DNA of 41,584 bases from contig JBQGDD010000008.1 of NCBI GenBank assembly GCA_052038845.1, positions 1 to 41,584 of the forward strand. The letters run 5' to 3'. The first letter of the stretch is position 1. The number at the start of each line of letters is the position of its first letter. This stretch comes from Dyadobacter sp. (lineage in GTDB: Bacteria; Bacteroidota; Bacteroidia; Flavobacteriales; Flavobacteriaceae). Positions 1-9,679 of the stretch are shown here, piece by piece. The notes below the pieces were generated by a model, which was not told the origin of the DNA, did not search any database, and saw only the letters and a list, made by a program, of their open reading frames with translations. The translations under genes were made by a program, and so were the position numbers.

Positions 1-819
1 GTATTGCTGTATAAAGCGTTTGGATGGGATGCACCGGAGTTTGCACACCTGCCATTAATTTTAAAACCTGTGGGTAACGGTAAACTCTCTAAAAGGGATG
101 GTGATAAATTAGGCTTCCCTGTTTTCCCGTTAGAATGGAAAGACCCAAAATCTGGTGAGGTATCATCGGGCTACAGGGAAAAAGGCTACCTGCCGGAAGC
201 AGTAGTTAACTTTTTAGCTTTGCTCGGCTGGAATCCGGGTACAGACCAGGAATTATTTACACTTGATGAACTGGTACAGCTTTTTGACCTTGAAAGGGTA
301 CATAAAGCGGGCGCAAAATTTGACCCTGAGAAAAACAAATGGTTTAACCACCATTATTTCCAGAGGCAGGATAATGAAGCCTTGGCAAAAGACTTTAACC
401 ATACACTGGTTGAAAAAGGCATCAATAAACCTTTAGACTATATAACCGAAGTGGTAAGGCTTGTAAAAGAGCGTGCCCACTTTGCCAGTGAGTTATGGGA
501 ACTTTCAGACTTCTTTTTTACAGCGCCTAATAGCTATGACGAAAAAGCCGCCAAAAACTGGAAACCCGAAACTGGCGAATTACTTAGCGAACTTGTAGCA
601 GAACTGCAAAATACGCTGGATTTTTCATCTGTAAACCTTGAAACGGCTGTAAAAGCCTGGATAGCGAAAAAAGAGGTAGGAATGGGTAAAGTTATGCAGC
701 CTTTACGGTTAAGCCTTGTAGGCTCTTTAAAAGGCCCTCATTTATTTGATATTATGGCACTGATAGGAAAAGAGGAAACAGTAACAAGAATACAAAAGGC
801 TGTAGCTGCTTTTAAATAA
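1..819 (+). CDS. gltX: Glutamate--tRNA ligase, 3' part (gene begins before the window)
   Basis: KLSKR (KMSKS-like) motif, GYLPEAVVNFLALLGWNP, and anticodon-binding tail PLRLSLVG..GP.LF; the frame is open from base 1. Confidence 0.97.
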   Translation, partial: VLLYKAFGWDAPEFAHLPLILKPVGNGKLSKRDGDKLGFPVFPLEWKDPKSGEVSSGYREKGYLPEAVVNFLALLGWNPGTDQELFTLDELVQLFDLERVHKAGAKFDPEKNKWFNHHYFQRQDNEALAKDFNHTLVEKGINKPLDYITEVVRLVKERAHFASELWELSDFFFTAPNSYDEKAAKNWKPETGELLSELVAELQNTLDFSSVNLETAVKAWIAKKEVGMGKVMQPLRLSLVGSLKGPHLFDIMALIGKEETVTRIQKAVAAFK

Positions 820-824
820 CATAT

Positions 825-852
825 AAACTCCTGCAAAAGCAGGAGTTTTTTT
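825..852 (+). terminator. Intrinsic terminator after gltX
   Basis: AAACTCCTGC-aaaa-GCAGGAGTTT followed by further Ts, 6 nt after the stop. Confidence 0.9.
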
Positions 853-967
853 AGAACTACAATGTAACTTTTTAAATAAAAGTAAGCCTTATATAAAAGC
901 TCTAACCTTTTAACCACTGAGTTTAAGAATAATTGTAACTTACACTAATTATTAAATCAACATAAAT

Positions 968-1987
968 ATGGAAAATAATGTCTTTTTGTATGTATTACTG
1001 TTTATTGGAGTAATAATACTGCTTTCTTCTTTTTTTACCGTTAAACAGCAAACAGCCGCCATTGTAGAACGATTTGGACGTTTTTTAAGCATCCGACACG
1101 CAGGGCTTCATTTAAAAATCCCGATAATCGATAAAATTTCCGGAAGGATAAACCTAAAGATACAGCAGCTTGATGTAATTATCGAAACCAAAACAAAGGA
1201 AAACGTATTTGTAAAAATGAAGGTTTCGGTACAGTTTAAAGTTATACAGGAAAAAGTGTTTGAGGCTTTTTACAAGCTGGAGTATCCGCATGACCAGATA
1301 ACGTCTTATGTATTTGATGTTGTTCGTGCAGAAGTACCCAAACTAAGGCTGGATGATGTTTTTGAGCGTAAAGATGATATTGCTATTGCCGTAAAAAGGG
1401 AACTTAACGATGCCATGACTACATATGGTTATGATATAATCAATACCCTGATTACAGATATTGACCCGGATATTCAGGTTAAAAACGCCATGAACCGTAT
1501 TAACGCTGCTGACAGGGAAAAATCGGCTGCTGAGTATGAAGCAGAAGCTTCAAGGATTCGTATTGTAGCAAAAGCTAAGGCAGAGGCAGAAAGTAAAAGG
1601 TTGCAGGGACAGGGTATTGCCGACCAAAGGCGTGAAATTGCCAGAGGATTGGTAGAAAGTGTAGATGTGCTTAATAAAGTAGGTATCAACTCTCAGGAGG
1701 CATCGGCTCTTATTGTGGTAACACAGCATTATGATACGTTACAGGCAATAGGTAGCGATACTAACTCTAACCTTATTCTGTTACCTAATTCGCCACAGGC
1801 AGGCAGCGATATGTTAAATAACATGGTGGCATCGTTTACAGCCTCTAATCAGGTAGGTGAGGCAATGAAAAAAGGCAGCCGTAAAAAAGAGCGTGAAGAA
1901 TTACAAAATAAAAGACCTGTAATAATGCCACAGGAATATAAGGAAGATGATATTGATGATAACGAAAAAAAGGATAATAATAAATAG
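968..1987 (+). CDS. SPFH/band 7 (stomatin/prohibitin-like) membrane protein
   Basis: N-terminal TM helix, IVERFGRF...GLHLKIP, ETKTKENVFV, and a coiled-coil AEAEA..AKAKAEAESKRLQG region. Confidence 0.92.
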   Translation: MENNVFLYVLLFIGVIILLSSFFTVKQQTAAIVERFGRFLSIRHAGLHLKIPIIDKISGRINLKIQQLDVIIETKTKENVFVKMKVSVQFKVIQEKVFEAFYKLEYPHDQITSYVFDVVRAEVPKLRLDDVFERKDDIAIAVKRELNDAMTTYGYDIINTLITDIDPDIQVKNAMNRINAADREKSAAEYEAEASRIRIVAKAKAEAESKRLQGQGIADQRREIARGLVESVDVLNKVGINSQEASALIVVTQHYDTLQAIGSDTNSNLILLPNSPQAGSDMLNNMVASFTASNQVGEAMKKGSRKKEREELQNKRPVIMPQEYKEDDIDDNEKKDNNK

Positions 1988-1993
1988 AATGTA

Positions 1994-2031
1994 AAAAATA
2001 AAGGCTGTCGAAATTGACAGCCTTTATTTTT
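1994..2031. terminator. Bidirectional intrinsic terminator between convergent genes
   Basis: AAAAATAAAGGCTGTC-gaaatt-GACAGCCTTTATTTTT, a perfect 16-bp inverted repeat with A/T tails. Confidence 0.9.
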
Positions 2032-2266
2032 AAAATATCTTTTTGAGCAGAAAGGTTAATGCAGCGCTTTTTATTGGCCCGGATGCGACACCTAAAACAT
2101 TAAGTATCTTTTTAGGAGTATTACCCACAAGGTTCTTAATTTCAAGGCTCTTTTTGGTTTTACCAAGATCTTTTAAAAGCCTTTGATAGGCAAGGTCTTT
2201 TTCTACCTTAAATATAGCAAGGTCTTTATTTATCTGATCGAAAGTTCTGTATTCTCTATATGGCAT
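2030..2266 (-). CDS. Small hypothetical protein (DUF6327-like)
   Basis: Y.TFDQI..DL.I.K.EK.LAY pattern; third gene of the YtxH cluster, 2 nt downstream of the holin-like gene. Confidence 0.7.
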   Translation of the reverse strand: MPYREYRTFDQINKDLAIFKVEKDLAYQRLLKDLGKTKKSLEIKNLVGNTPKKILNVLGVASGPIKSAALTFLLKKIF

Positions 2267-2268
2267 AA

Positions 2269-2622
2269 CTAATATTTCTTTAAAAAGATTCTGGAAAAAG
2301 ATGCCAGTATAGGCCCTTCAACAATTTTATTCTGTACATAAAATATAATAATTGCTAGTACAAGATAAATACCCCCTACTATAAGAAATCCGTAAGCAAA
2401 ATTATCAAGCGCATAACCTATTCCTAAAGCTACGGCAATTGAAAAGAAAATAGTAACTATTAACAGCATGATTGCCAAAAGAAACATCTTTAGCATCATG
2501 GTGGTTGTTTTTACCATCATCTTAAAACCCCAAAGTTTGTAATACTTTACATTGGTATCAATAACCTCCTGTACCTGGTTTTTAAGATCTTCAATATTTT
2601 CTTTTATTTCTTCAAATGCCAT
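2269..2622 (-). CDS. Two-TM membrane protein, phage-holin-family/DUF1469 (YqjE-like)
   Basis: Amphipathic N-terminus plus two hydrophobic helices ending in GFLIVGGIYL; follows ytxH. Confidence 0.75.
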   Translation of the reverse strand: MAFEEIKENIEDLKNQVQEVIDTNVKYYKLWGFKMMVKTTTMMLKMFLLAIMLLIVTIFFSIAVALGIGYALDNFAYGFLIVGGIYLVLAIIIFYVQNKIVEGPILASFSRIFLKKY

Positions 2623-2648
2623 ACGCTTGTGTATTTATTTAAATGATA

Positions 2649-2996
2649 TTATTTTGTAAGAGATTCAGCTTTTGATATTGCTTTGTTAGAAGCTGATTTC
2701 AGTTCTTCTAATTTTTTCTCTAAAGTGGCAATAACATCATCTTTTTTGCCTTCTACGTTTGCAACAAGGTTATCAAGCCCAGATTGTAAATCTTCTTTAG
2801 CATGTCCAAATTTACTTTTTACCTGCTCTGTAAGCTCGTTTATTTTATCTTTTAGCTCATCTCTTTTAGAGCCATACCCGTCTTTAATTTTTTTACGTGT
2901 GTTAGCTCCTTCGTCCGGTGCAAATAAAATACCTACTATTGCTCCAACTGCAGCACCTGCCAATATCGCCGCTACTGTTCCTGTTTTACCAGCCAT
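2649..2996 (-). CDS. YtxH domain-containing protein
   Basis: GAAVGAIVGILFAPDEG..TRKKI signature followed by a charged helical region. Confidence 0.9.
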   Translation of the reverse strand: MAGKTGTVAAILAGAAVGAIVGILFAPDEGANTRKKIKDGYGSKRDELKDKINELTEQVKSKFGHAKEDLQSGLDNLVANVEGKKDDVIATLEKKLEELKSASNKAISKAESLTK

Positions 2997-3255
2997 AATA
3001 ATTAAGTTTTAAGTTATTAAATAATTTCTTATAAAGATACCCTGTTTATAATTTGTAAGATGTTAACAGGTAGTTAATTGATATTAAAGTAAACACAAAA
3101 CTTTATGTAAGGCTATTTAAACAATTAAAATGTAATGATAGTTAATATTGTATATCAAAAAATAGTAAAGGCTTTATACGGCATTTAAACAACCCTATTT
3201 TAATAAATTGCTGTTATATATTTATACGGTTCTATAATAATATCCAATAATAAAC

Positions 3256-3281
3256 ATAGCCTGTGGTAAACCACAGGCTAT
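3256..3281 (-). terminator. Probable terminator hairpin downstream of glnS
   Basis: ATAGCCTGTGGT-aa-ACCACAGGCTAT perfect inverted repeat about 27 nt past the glnS stop; the U-tract is weak. Confidence 0.7.
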
Positions 3282-3307
3282 ATCAATAAATTCTATATAC
3301 AGTTTTA

Positions 3308-4993
3308 TTATTCCTTGCTTTCTATTTTTGCCCAAGTATCTCTTAAACCAACCGTTTTATTAAATACGGGTTTGCCAGTGGCAGTATCAGGGTCAACACA
3401 AAAGTATCCTAATCGCTGAAACTGGTACCTCTCCCCTGCTTGTACATCTTTAAGCCCCGGTTCAAGATATGCTGTAATAACTTCAAGCGAATTTGGGTTA
3501 ATGTAATTTTTAAAATCTACCTCTTTATCCCCATCAGGGTTTTCGTGGGTAAACAGCCTGTCATATACCCTTACTTCGGCTTCAATAGCGTGTACTATAG
3601 AAACCCAGTGCAGTGTACCTTTTACTTTCCTTAAACTCGCTTCAGTACCACTTCCGCTGCGGCTGTCTTCATCATACGTACAGTGAATTTCGGTAATGTT
3701 GCCGTCAGCATCTTTAACAACACTATCCCCTTTTATTATATAGGCATTTTTAAGCCTTACCTCTTTACCTAACGAAAGGCGGAAAAACTTACGGTTGGCT
3801 TCTTCCATAAAATCTTCCCTTTCAATATATAATTCCCTTGAAAAAGGTACTTTCCTGAAACCAGCCGATTCATCTTCCGGGTTATTCTCGGCTTCAAGCC
3901 ATTCTTCCTTACCTTCAGGATAGTTAGTAATTATAAGTTTAACAGGATCAAGCACTGCCATAACCCTTGGCGCGGTTTTATTTAAATCTTCTCTAACGCA
4001 AAACTCCAGTAACGATACATCTACCAAATTGGTACGCTTGGCAATACCAATGGTATCGGCAAAGTTTTTAATAGAATCCGGAGTGTATCCCCTTCTCCTT
4101 AACCCCGATATGGTAGACATCCTTGGGTCATCCCAACCCTTTACATGCCCTTCCTGTACCAGTTGCAGCAGCTTTCTTTTACTTACTACTGTGTGGCTAA
4201 GGTTACGCCTTGCAAATTCACGCTGTTTAGGGCGTATAGAGGCATTATCATATATCTGGTCAAGGAACCAGTCATAAAGCTCCCTGTGCATAGCAAATTC
4301 AAGTGTACAAAGCGAATGTGATATGTTTTCTATATAATCACTCTCGCCGTGTGCCCAGTCATACATTGGGTATATATGCCATGCATCGCCGGTACGGTGA
4401 TGGTGTTTATTCAGTACCCTGTACATAATAGGGTCGCGCATAAGCATATTAGAAGAACTCATGTTTATTTTAGCCCTCAGTACATGGCTTCCTTCTGGAA
4501 ACTCACCATTTTTCATTTTTTCAAACAACTCAAGGTTTTCTTTAACAGATCTGTCCCTGTAAGGGCTGTTAGTTCCCGGCTGTGTGGGTGTACCCTTTTG
4601 CTGTGCCATAACTTCAGATGACTGGCTGTCAACATACGCCAGTCCTCTTTTAATAAAATCTACAGCCCAGTCATATAGCTGCTGAAAATAATCTGATGCA
4701 TAACGTTCTTCTGCCCAGTTATAGCCCAGCCATTCTATATCTTTTTTTATAGCATCTACAAACTCCTGTTCCTCTTTAGCAGGGTTAGTATCGTCGAAAC
4801 GAAGGTTTACAGGTGCATTATACCTAAGCCCAAGCCCAAAATTAAGGCAGATGGAGCTGGCATGCCCAATATGCAGGTATCCGTTAGGTTCTGGCGGAAA
4901 ACGAAAACGCAGGCTTTCCCTGTTCATTCCTTTTCCTAAATCATCTTCTATAATCTGTTCTATAAAATTGAGTGATCGCTCTTCAGTTGCCAT
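3308..4993 (-). CDS. glnS: Glutamine--tRNA ligase
   Basis: RFPPEPNGYLHIGH (HIGH motif), LRFDDTNP, VSKR motif, GWDDPRM, FQRLGYF. Confidence 0.97.
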   Translation of the reverse strand: MATEERSLNFIEQIIEDDLGKGMNRESLRFRFPPEPNGYLHIGHASSICLNFGLGLRYNAPVNLRFDDTNPAKEEQEFVDAIKKDIEWLGYNWAEERYASDYFQQLYDWAVDFIKRGLAYVDSQSSEVMAQQKGTPTQPGTNSPYRDRSVKENLELFEKMKNGEFPEGSHVLRAKINMSSSNMLMRDPIMYRVLNKHHHRTGDAWHIYPMYDWAHGESDYIENISHSLCTLEFAMHRELYDWFLDQIYDNASIRPKQREFARRNLSHTVVSKRKLLQLVQEGHVKGWDDPRMSTISGLRRRGYTPDSIKNFADTIGIAKRTNLVDVSLLEFCVREDLNKTAPRVMAVLDPVKLIITNYPEGKEEWLEAENNPEDESAGFRKVPFSRELYIEREDFMEEANRKFFRLSLGKEVRLKNAYIIKGDSVVKDADGNITEIHCTYDEDSRSGSGTEASLRKVKGTLHWVSIVHAIEAEVRVYDRLFTHENPDGDKEVDFKNYINPNSLEVITAYLEPGLKDVQAGERYQFQRLGYFCVDPDTATGKPVFNKTVGLRDTWAKIESKE

Positions 4994-5013
4994 AAAAAAT
5001 TTGTAATAAGGTG

Positions 5014-5021
5014 CAAAGGTA
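5014..5021 (-). promoter_or_regulatory. Bacteroidetes -7 promoter box for glnS
   Basis: TACCTTTG on the minus strand (TAnnTTTG consensus), 20 nt upstream of the ATG. Confidence 0.6.
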
Positions 5022-5117
5022 TTTAAAAAAGTCAGACAACAATTACCGCATTTGAATAATTAAAGTACTAATAAACATCAATAAATATGTAATTTTACAC
5101 TGGTAAAACCGATACTG

Positions 5118-5477
5118 ATGGGAATTATAAAACTTAAAAACATACGTACATTTTCTTACCATGGCTGCCTGGTGGAAGAAAGCAAAATAGGCTCTGACTA
5201 CAGTGTTGACCTTGAAATAAAAACCGACCTGAGAAAATCGCGCCACAGTGATGAACTGGCTGATACTGTAGATTATGTTCACCTGAATAAGATAGTTGTT
5301 GAGGAAATGGCTATACGCTCTAAATTACTGGAACACGTTGCAGAAAGAATAATTAAAAGGACTTTTGATGAAATACCGGAAGTTTCGAGAATACTTGTTG
5401 CGGTGTCTAAAATTAACCCGCCAATAGGTGGAGATGTAGAGGCTGTAACTGTGCAGATTGAAGAATACAGGGCATAA
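5118..5477 (+). CDS. folB: Dihydroneopterin aldolase
   Basis: YHGCLVEE..IG, SDELADTVDY, LLEHVAERI, SKINPPIGG. Confidence 0.95.
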   Translation: MGIIKLKNIRTFSYHGCLVEESKIGSDYSVDLEIKTDLRKSRHSDELADTVDYVHLNKIVVEEMAIRSKLLEHVAERIIKRTFDEIPEVSRILVAVSKINPPIGGDVEAVTVQIEEYRA

Positions 5478-5536
5478 AAATAGCATTTGCCAAGTAAATT
5501 TAGATACAATTTTCTTGCGTTAGTATAAAATATATG

Positions 5537-5544
5537 TAAATTTG
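5537..5544 (+). promoter_or_regulatory. Bacteroidetes -7 promoter box for tRNA-Cys
   Basis: TAAATTTG 17 nt before the tRNA, with a TTG at 5515-5517 at a plausible -33 spacing. Confidence 0.65.
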
Positions 5545-5561
5545 CCAACCATAATAACTAT

Positions 5562-5635
5562 GGCATCGTGGCCGAGTGGCTAGGCAGAGGTCTGCAAAAC
5601 CTTGTACAGCGGTTCGAATCCGCTCGATGCCTCCA
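5562..5635 (+). tRNA. tRNA-Cys(GCA) with encoded CCA
   Basis: Acceptor stem GGCATCG/CGATGCC, discriminator U, CCA at 5633-5635; D-arm GGCCGAGTGGCTAGGC; anticodon loop CTGCAAA (GCA at 5594-5596); T-loop TTCGAAT. Confidence 0.97.
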
Positions 5636-5666
5636 AAAAAAGCACCTGTAATAAGGTGCTTTTTTT
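5635..5666. terminator. Bidirectional terminator between tRNA-Cys and the LysE gene
   Basis: AAAAAAAGCACCT-gtaata-AGGTGCTTTTTTT. Confidence 0.9.
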
Positions 5667-6351
5667 ATTCTTTATTTTCAAGCTTTTTTATAGCTGACTT
5701 TACCATTTTTCCCTCGTTAGGAAACCAACCCTGTACAAGCAGTGCAGTACCAAAAACTATAAGTATTATACTTATAACCTGTTTTACCTTAAATATATTT
5801 TTGGCTGTTAAAAACCTTCGTAACTGCTTTGCAACAAGTATTTTAAAAATATCGGTAATAAAATAAGTGGCAATAACCGCGGTAAAAAAAGTAAGCATAC
5901 GCGATGGTACCATTTCAAGCTGGGGCCCTATGGTTATTAAAATTGCCAGCCAAAAGCCAAGCACGCCCACATTTATAAAATTGAGCAGAAATCCTTTTAC
6001 AAAAAGGCTTAAGTAGTTCTTTTTGATTATCTCGCTGGAGTCTTCATCTATAATTTCGTTTTTAGAAACTTTTTTTAGCTTAACAAACGAAATTATACCA
6101 TAAGTAACCATTATAAGCCCGCCGAATATAAAAAGGGCAGGTTCATCTTTAATGCTTTGTATAAGGCGATAACTGCTAAAATAAGCAATGGCAATAAAAA
6201 CTATATCGGCTATTATAACCCCTAAGTTAAATACAAGTGCAGCCCTAAAACCTTTTATAACGCTGGTTTCCAGTAGTACAAAAAAAACGGGGCCAATCAT
6301 AAAACTTAATATAAACCCCCAGGGAACAGCCGTTAGAATATCGTTAATCAT
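5665..6351 (-). CDS. LysE family translocator
   Basis: GPVFFVLLETSVIKGFRAA...G...AD and KGFLLNFIN motifs; about six TM helices. Confidence 0.88.
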   Translation of the reverse strand: MINDILTAVPWGFILSFMIGPVFFVLLETSVIKGFRAALVFNLGVIIADIVFIAIAYFSSYRLIQSIKDEPALFIFGGLIMVTYGIISFVKLKKVSKNEIIDEDSSEIIKKNYLSLFVKGFLLNFINVGVLGFWLAILITIGPQLEMVPSRMLTFFTAVIATYFITDIFKILVAKQLRRFLTAKNIFKVKQVISIILIVFGTALLVQGWFPNEGKMVKSAIKKLENKE

Positions 6352-6419
6352 CCCGAATTTCTAAATAAATAAGAAACCCGCAAGGTAACATTTATAATTT
6401 TTATAGCGAAATAAAAAGG

Positions 6420-7091
6420 TTAATCCATAACAGTAATGCTGCCCCCGGCAACCGTTTTCTGGTTAACCTGTTTGGGCTTTCCATATACATCTATGCTGCC
6501 GCCAGCCCTTGTTTTTGCTTCAACAAAATCTGTAGCGTTTACCTTTGCCTCTCCCCCGGCGTTTACAGAAACATTTGTTTGTGCTGTAATAAGGTTTTTG
6601 CCTTTTATAATACCTCCTGATGTTATTGTTGCATCATGGTTTGTTGCCTTACCTTCTATTTCCAGCTCCCCCCCTGAATTTGCTTTCGATTTTAATTTTT
6701 GCACATCCAGCGTTACTTTTATAACAGAACCCTCTTTTGCATTAAGGCTGAAAGCTGTAGCTTTAAAAGTATTTTTAGAGCTTATAAAAGAACCTTCACT
6801 GGCTACAAGCCCTTCTATATTTTTATAATAAACGGTAGCTTCTATATTTTCGCCCTTTAAAAGTTTAGAAAATTTCATTCGTACCTTAAGGTCCTTACCT
6901 TTATTAATTACCTCAACATCATCAGCCTTAGTACCTTTAATTACAATTTTGTTTTCTTTTGCCGCTACAAGGGTTACACTAATTCTGTCATACACTTTTA
7001 GTACAGAAAAATCGTTAAGATTTATTGTTACCTCCTGTGCATAAGTAAATTGTACTATAAAACAAATAATAAATACTATATACTTTTTCAT
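6420..7091 (-). CDS. Secreted head-GIN domain (DUF2807-like) protein
   Basis: Signal peptide ending TYA-Q; repeated beta-solenoid units (ASEGS, AKEGS, ANSGG, ITSGG, VNAGG, TRAGG) ending VYGKPK. Confidence 0.85.
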   Translation of the reverse strand: MKKYIVFIICFIVQFTYAQEVTINLNDFSVLKVYDRISVTLVAAKENKIVIKGTKADDVEVINKGKDLKVRMKFSKLLKGENIEATVYYKNIEGLVASEGSFISSKNTFKATAFSLNAKEGSVIKVTLDVQKLKSKANSGGELEIEGKATNHDATITSGGIIKGKNLITAQTNVSVNAGGEAKVNATDFVEAKTRAGGSIDVYGKPKQVNQKTVAGGSITVMD

Positions 7092-7102
7092 AACCTTACA
7101 TT

Positions 7103-9292
7103 TTATTTATCAGATTTCTTTTTACCTAAATAATGAAAATCAAGCTGTTTTTTAACCAAATCGGCATTTTTCACTTTTACATATACCTCATCGCCAAGCT
7201 GTATTATATTATTGGTTACTTCGCCCACCAATGCATACTGCTTTTCATCAAAGGTGTAATAATCATCCTTTATCTCACGGATGCGGCACATACCCTCGCA
7301 TTTATTAGATATTATTTCTACATAAATACCCCACTCTGTAACGCCCGATACTACACCTAAAAATTCTTCATCTTTATGGTCCAGCATATATTTAACCTGC
7401 ATATACTTTATACTGTCGCGCTCTGCATTTGCAGCAAGGTTCTCCATAGTTGAAGAATGCGTACATTTTTCTTCATAAATCTCTTCATCTACAGATTTTC
7501 CACCGTCAAGATAATGCTGTAAAAGCCTGTGTGCCATTACATCCGGATATCTTCTTATGGGTGATGTAAAATGAGAATAATAATCAAATGCAAGCCCATA
7601 ATGCCCTATGTTATCAGTAGAATATTTAGCCTTACTCATACTGCGTATTGCCAGTGTATCTACAAGGTTCTGCTCTTTTTTACCCTGAACATCGTTAAGC
7701 AGGTTATTAAGTGATTTAGATATTGCATCTTTAGACGTAAAATTGATACTATAGCCAAATTTTGATATTACAGTCTGTAAATTTATCAGTTTATCTTCAT
7801 CCGGCTCATCATGAATACGGTACACAAAGGTTTTATTCTGCTTACCAATAAATTCACCTACTTTTCTGTTAGCCAGCAGCATAAATTCCTCAATCATGTG
7901 GTTAGAATCCTTTGCCTGCTTAAAGTAAACCCCTGTAGGCTCATCATTTTCATTAAGAATAAACTTAACCTCTACCTTATCAAAAGATATGGCACCGTTA
8001 GCCAGCCTTTTCCTGCGCATAATTTTAGCCAGCTCATCCATTTTTACAACAGCATCCCTTATGTCATTACTCACAGAATAATCTTCTCCGGTTAAAGAGA
8101 GTTCTGCCGGTACAGTATGGCTTTTAGTTTCTATAATATGCTGTGCCTCCTCATAAGCAAAACGCTGGTCTGAATAGGTTACTGTCCTGCCAAACCATTT
8201 ATCTACCACTTCTGCCTTGTCATTCATCTGGAAAACAGCAGAGAATGTATATTTCTCTTCATGCGGGCGCAATGAACAGGCAAAGTTAGACAGCACTTCG
8301 GGCAGCATGGGTACTACCCTGTCTACCAGATAAACAGATGTTGCCCTGTTGTATGCCTCATCATCAAGTATAGTCCCTTCTTTTACATAGTGAGATACAT
8401 CAGCAATGTGGATACCTATTTCATAATTACCATTTTCAAGTTTTTGGAAAGAAAGTGCATCATCAAAATCTTTTGCATCGCGTGGATCAATAGTAAACGT
8501 AAGCACATCTCTCATATCCCTCCTGCGGGCTATTTCCTCCTCCTGTATGGACGTATCTATTTTTTGGGCAAATACCTCCACCTCTACAGGAAAATCTGAA
8601 GGAAGACCATATTCTGCCAGTATAGCGTGTATCTCGGTATCATGCTCTCCGGGTTTACCCAATACTTTTATAACCTCTCCAAAAGGACTGTCGGCTTTTG
8701 CAGGCCAGTCTTCAATTTTTACCAATACCACATCGCCGTTTTCAGCTTCGCCAAGTTTATCTTTAGGTATAAAAATATCAGTGTACATTTTAGGGTTAGC
8801 AGTAGATACAAAAGCAAAATTCTTTTGAATATCTATTACACCCACAAACTCTGTTTTAAAGCGTTCCAGTATTTCTATCACTTCACCCTCTGCCCTTCTG
8901 CCTCTCCTCCGGTTATATATATATACTTTAACCTTATCTTTATCAAGGGCTTTGTTAAGGTTATTGGTAGGTATAAAAATATCATCTTCAAGCTCCGGAG
9001 AAACAAAATAAGCTGTTTTCCTGCTTGTCATATCTATAGTTCCCTCTACATAATCAGCTTTAGTTATTACTCTGTACTTACCCCTGTCAGTTTCCTCAAT
9101 TTTTTCTTTAGATGCTAAATATTTAAGCTCCTTAATAATCTCGTTTCTGCTCTGGGTATCATTCAGCTCCAGGGCTGCTGCAATCTGCTTATAGTTAAAA
9201 GACTTATTAGGGTCTTTAGAAAGTATCTTGAATATTTTCCTGGAAAAATCCTTTTCCTTTTTAGCTGACGGTTTTCCGTTTTTCTTACTCAT
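7103..9292 (-). CDS. rnr: Ribonuclease R
   Basis: FTIDPRDAKDFDDA RNB motif, HIADVSHYV, HFTSPIRRYPD, C-terminal S1 domain. Confidence 0.97.
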   Translation of the reverse strand: MSKKNGKPSAKKEKDFSRKIFKILSKDPNKSFNYKQIAAALELNDTQSRNEIIKELKYLASKEKIEETDRGKYRVITKADYVEGTIDMTSRKTAYFVSPELEDDIFIPTNNLNKALDKDKVKVYIYNRRRGRRAEGEVIEILERFKTEFVGVIDIQKNFAFVSTANPKMYTDIFIPKDKLGEAENGDVVLVKIEDWPAKADSPFGEVIKVLGKPGEHDTEIHAILAEYGLPSDFPVEVEVFAQKIDTSIQEEEIARRRDMRDVLTFTIDPRDAKDFDDALSFQKLENGNYEIGIHIADVSHYVKEGTILDDEAYNRATSVYLVDRVVPMLPEVLSNFACSLRPHEEKYTFSAVFQMNDKAEVVDKWFGRTVTYSDQRFAYEEAQHIIETKSHTVPAELSLTGEDYSVSNDIRDAVVKMDELAKIMRRKRLANGAISFDKVEVKFILNENDEPTGVYFKQAKDSNHMIEEFMLLANRKVGEFIGKQNKTFVYRIHDEPDEDKLINLQTVISKFGYSINFTSKDAISKSLNNLLNDVQGKKEQNLVDTLAIRSMSKAKYSTDNIGHYGLAFDYYSHFTSPIRRYPDVMAHRLLQHYLDGGKSVDEEIYEEKCTHSSTMENLAANAERDSIKYMQVKYMLDHKDEEFLGVVSGVTEWGIYVEIISNKCEGMCRIREIKDDYYTFDEKQYALVGEVTNNIIQLGDEVYVKVKNADLVKKQLDFHYLGKKKSDK

Positions 9293-9439
9293 AAAATTTT
9301 AAAATAATGCTGAAAATTACAAATTAGTATTAAGATACGTATCGTTTTTAATTAAATAATAACGTTGAGGCTCGCTATTTGCTGTATGTAAATACCGTGA
9401 GAAAATTCATTATCTTTATAAGAAAGCCAAAAAACTGAT

Positions 9440-9679
9440 ATGAAAGAATTTATAACTGTGGCTGTTTACAGCTATCCGCATGAAATAACAATTATAAAAC
9501 ACCTGCTTGAAGAAGCCGGGTTAAGCTATTTTTTCGAAAACGAAACCATAACCTCTATTGCCCCTTTTTACTCTTATGCCATTGGCGGCATCAAACTGAA
9601 AGTCCATCCGCACGACATCGACGAAGTAAAAAGCATCCTTAAAAATTTTGAAGAACAAAATAATCTCAGGATAGTTTAA
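9440..9679 (+). CDS. Small putative signal-transducing protein (DUF2007-like)
   Basis: EI.IIK.LLEEAGL.YF..NE...A.GGIKLKV pattern. Confidence 0.75.
   Translation: MKEFITVAVYSYPHEITIIKHLLEEAGLSYFFENETITSIAPFYSYAIGGIKLKVHPHDIDEVKSILKNFEEQNNLRIV

Noticed and set aside
2269-2622. Holin-family gene as evidence of a prophage
   Set aside because: No endolysin, integrase or structural genes; it sits in a chromosomal YtxH cluster.
5576-5866. 96-aa ORF MARQRSAKPC...
   Set aside because: Overlaps tRNA-Cys, its terminator and the antisense of the LysE gene; spurious.
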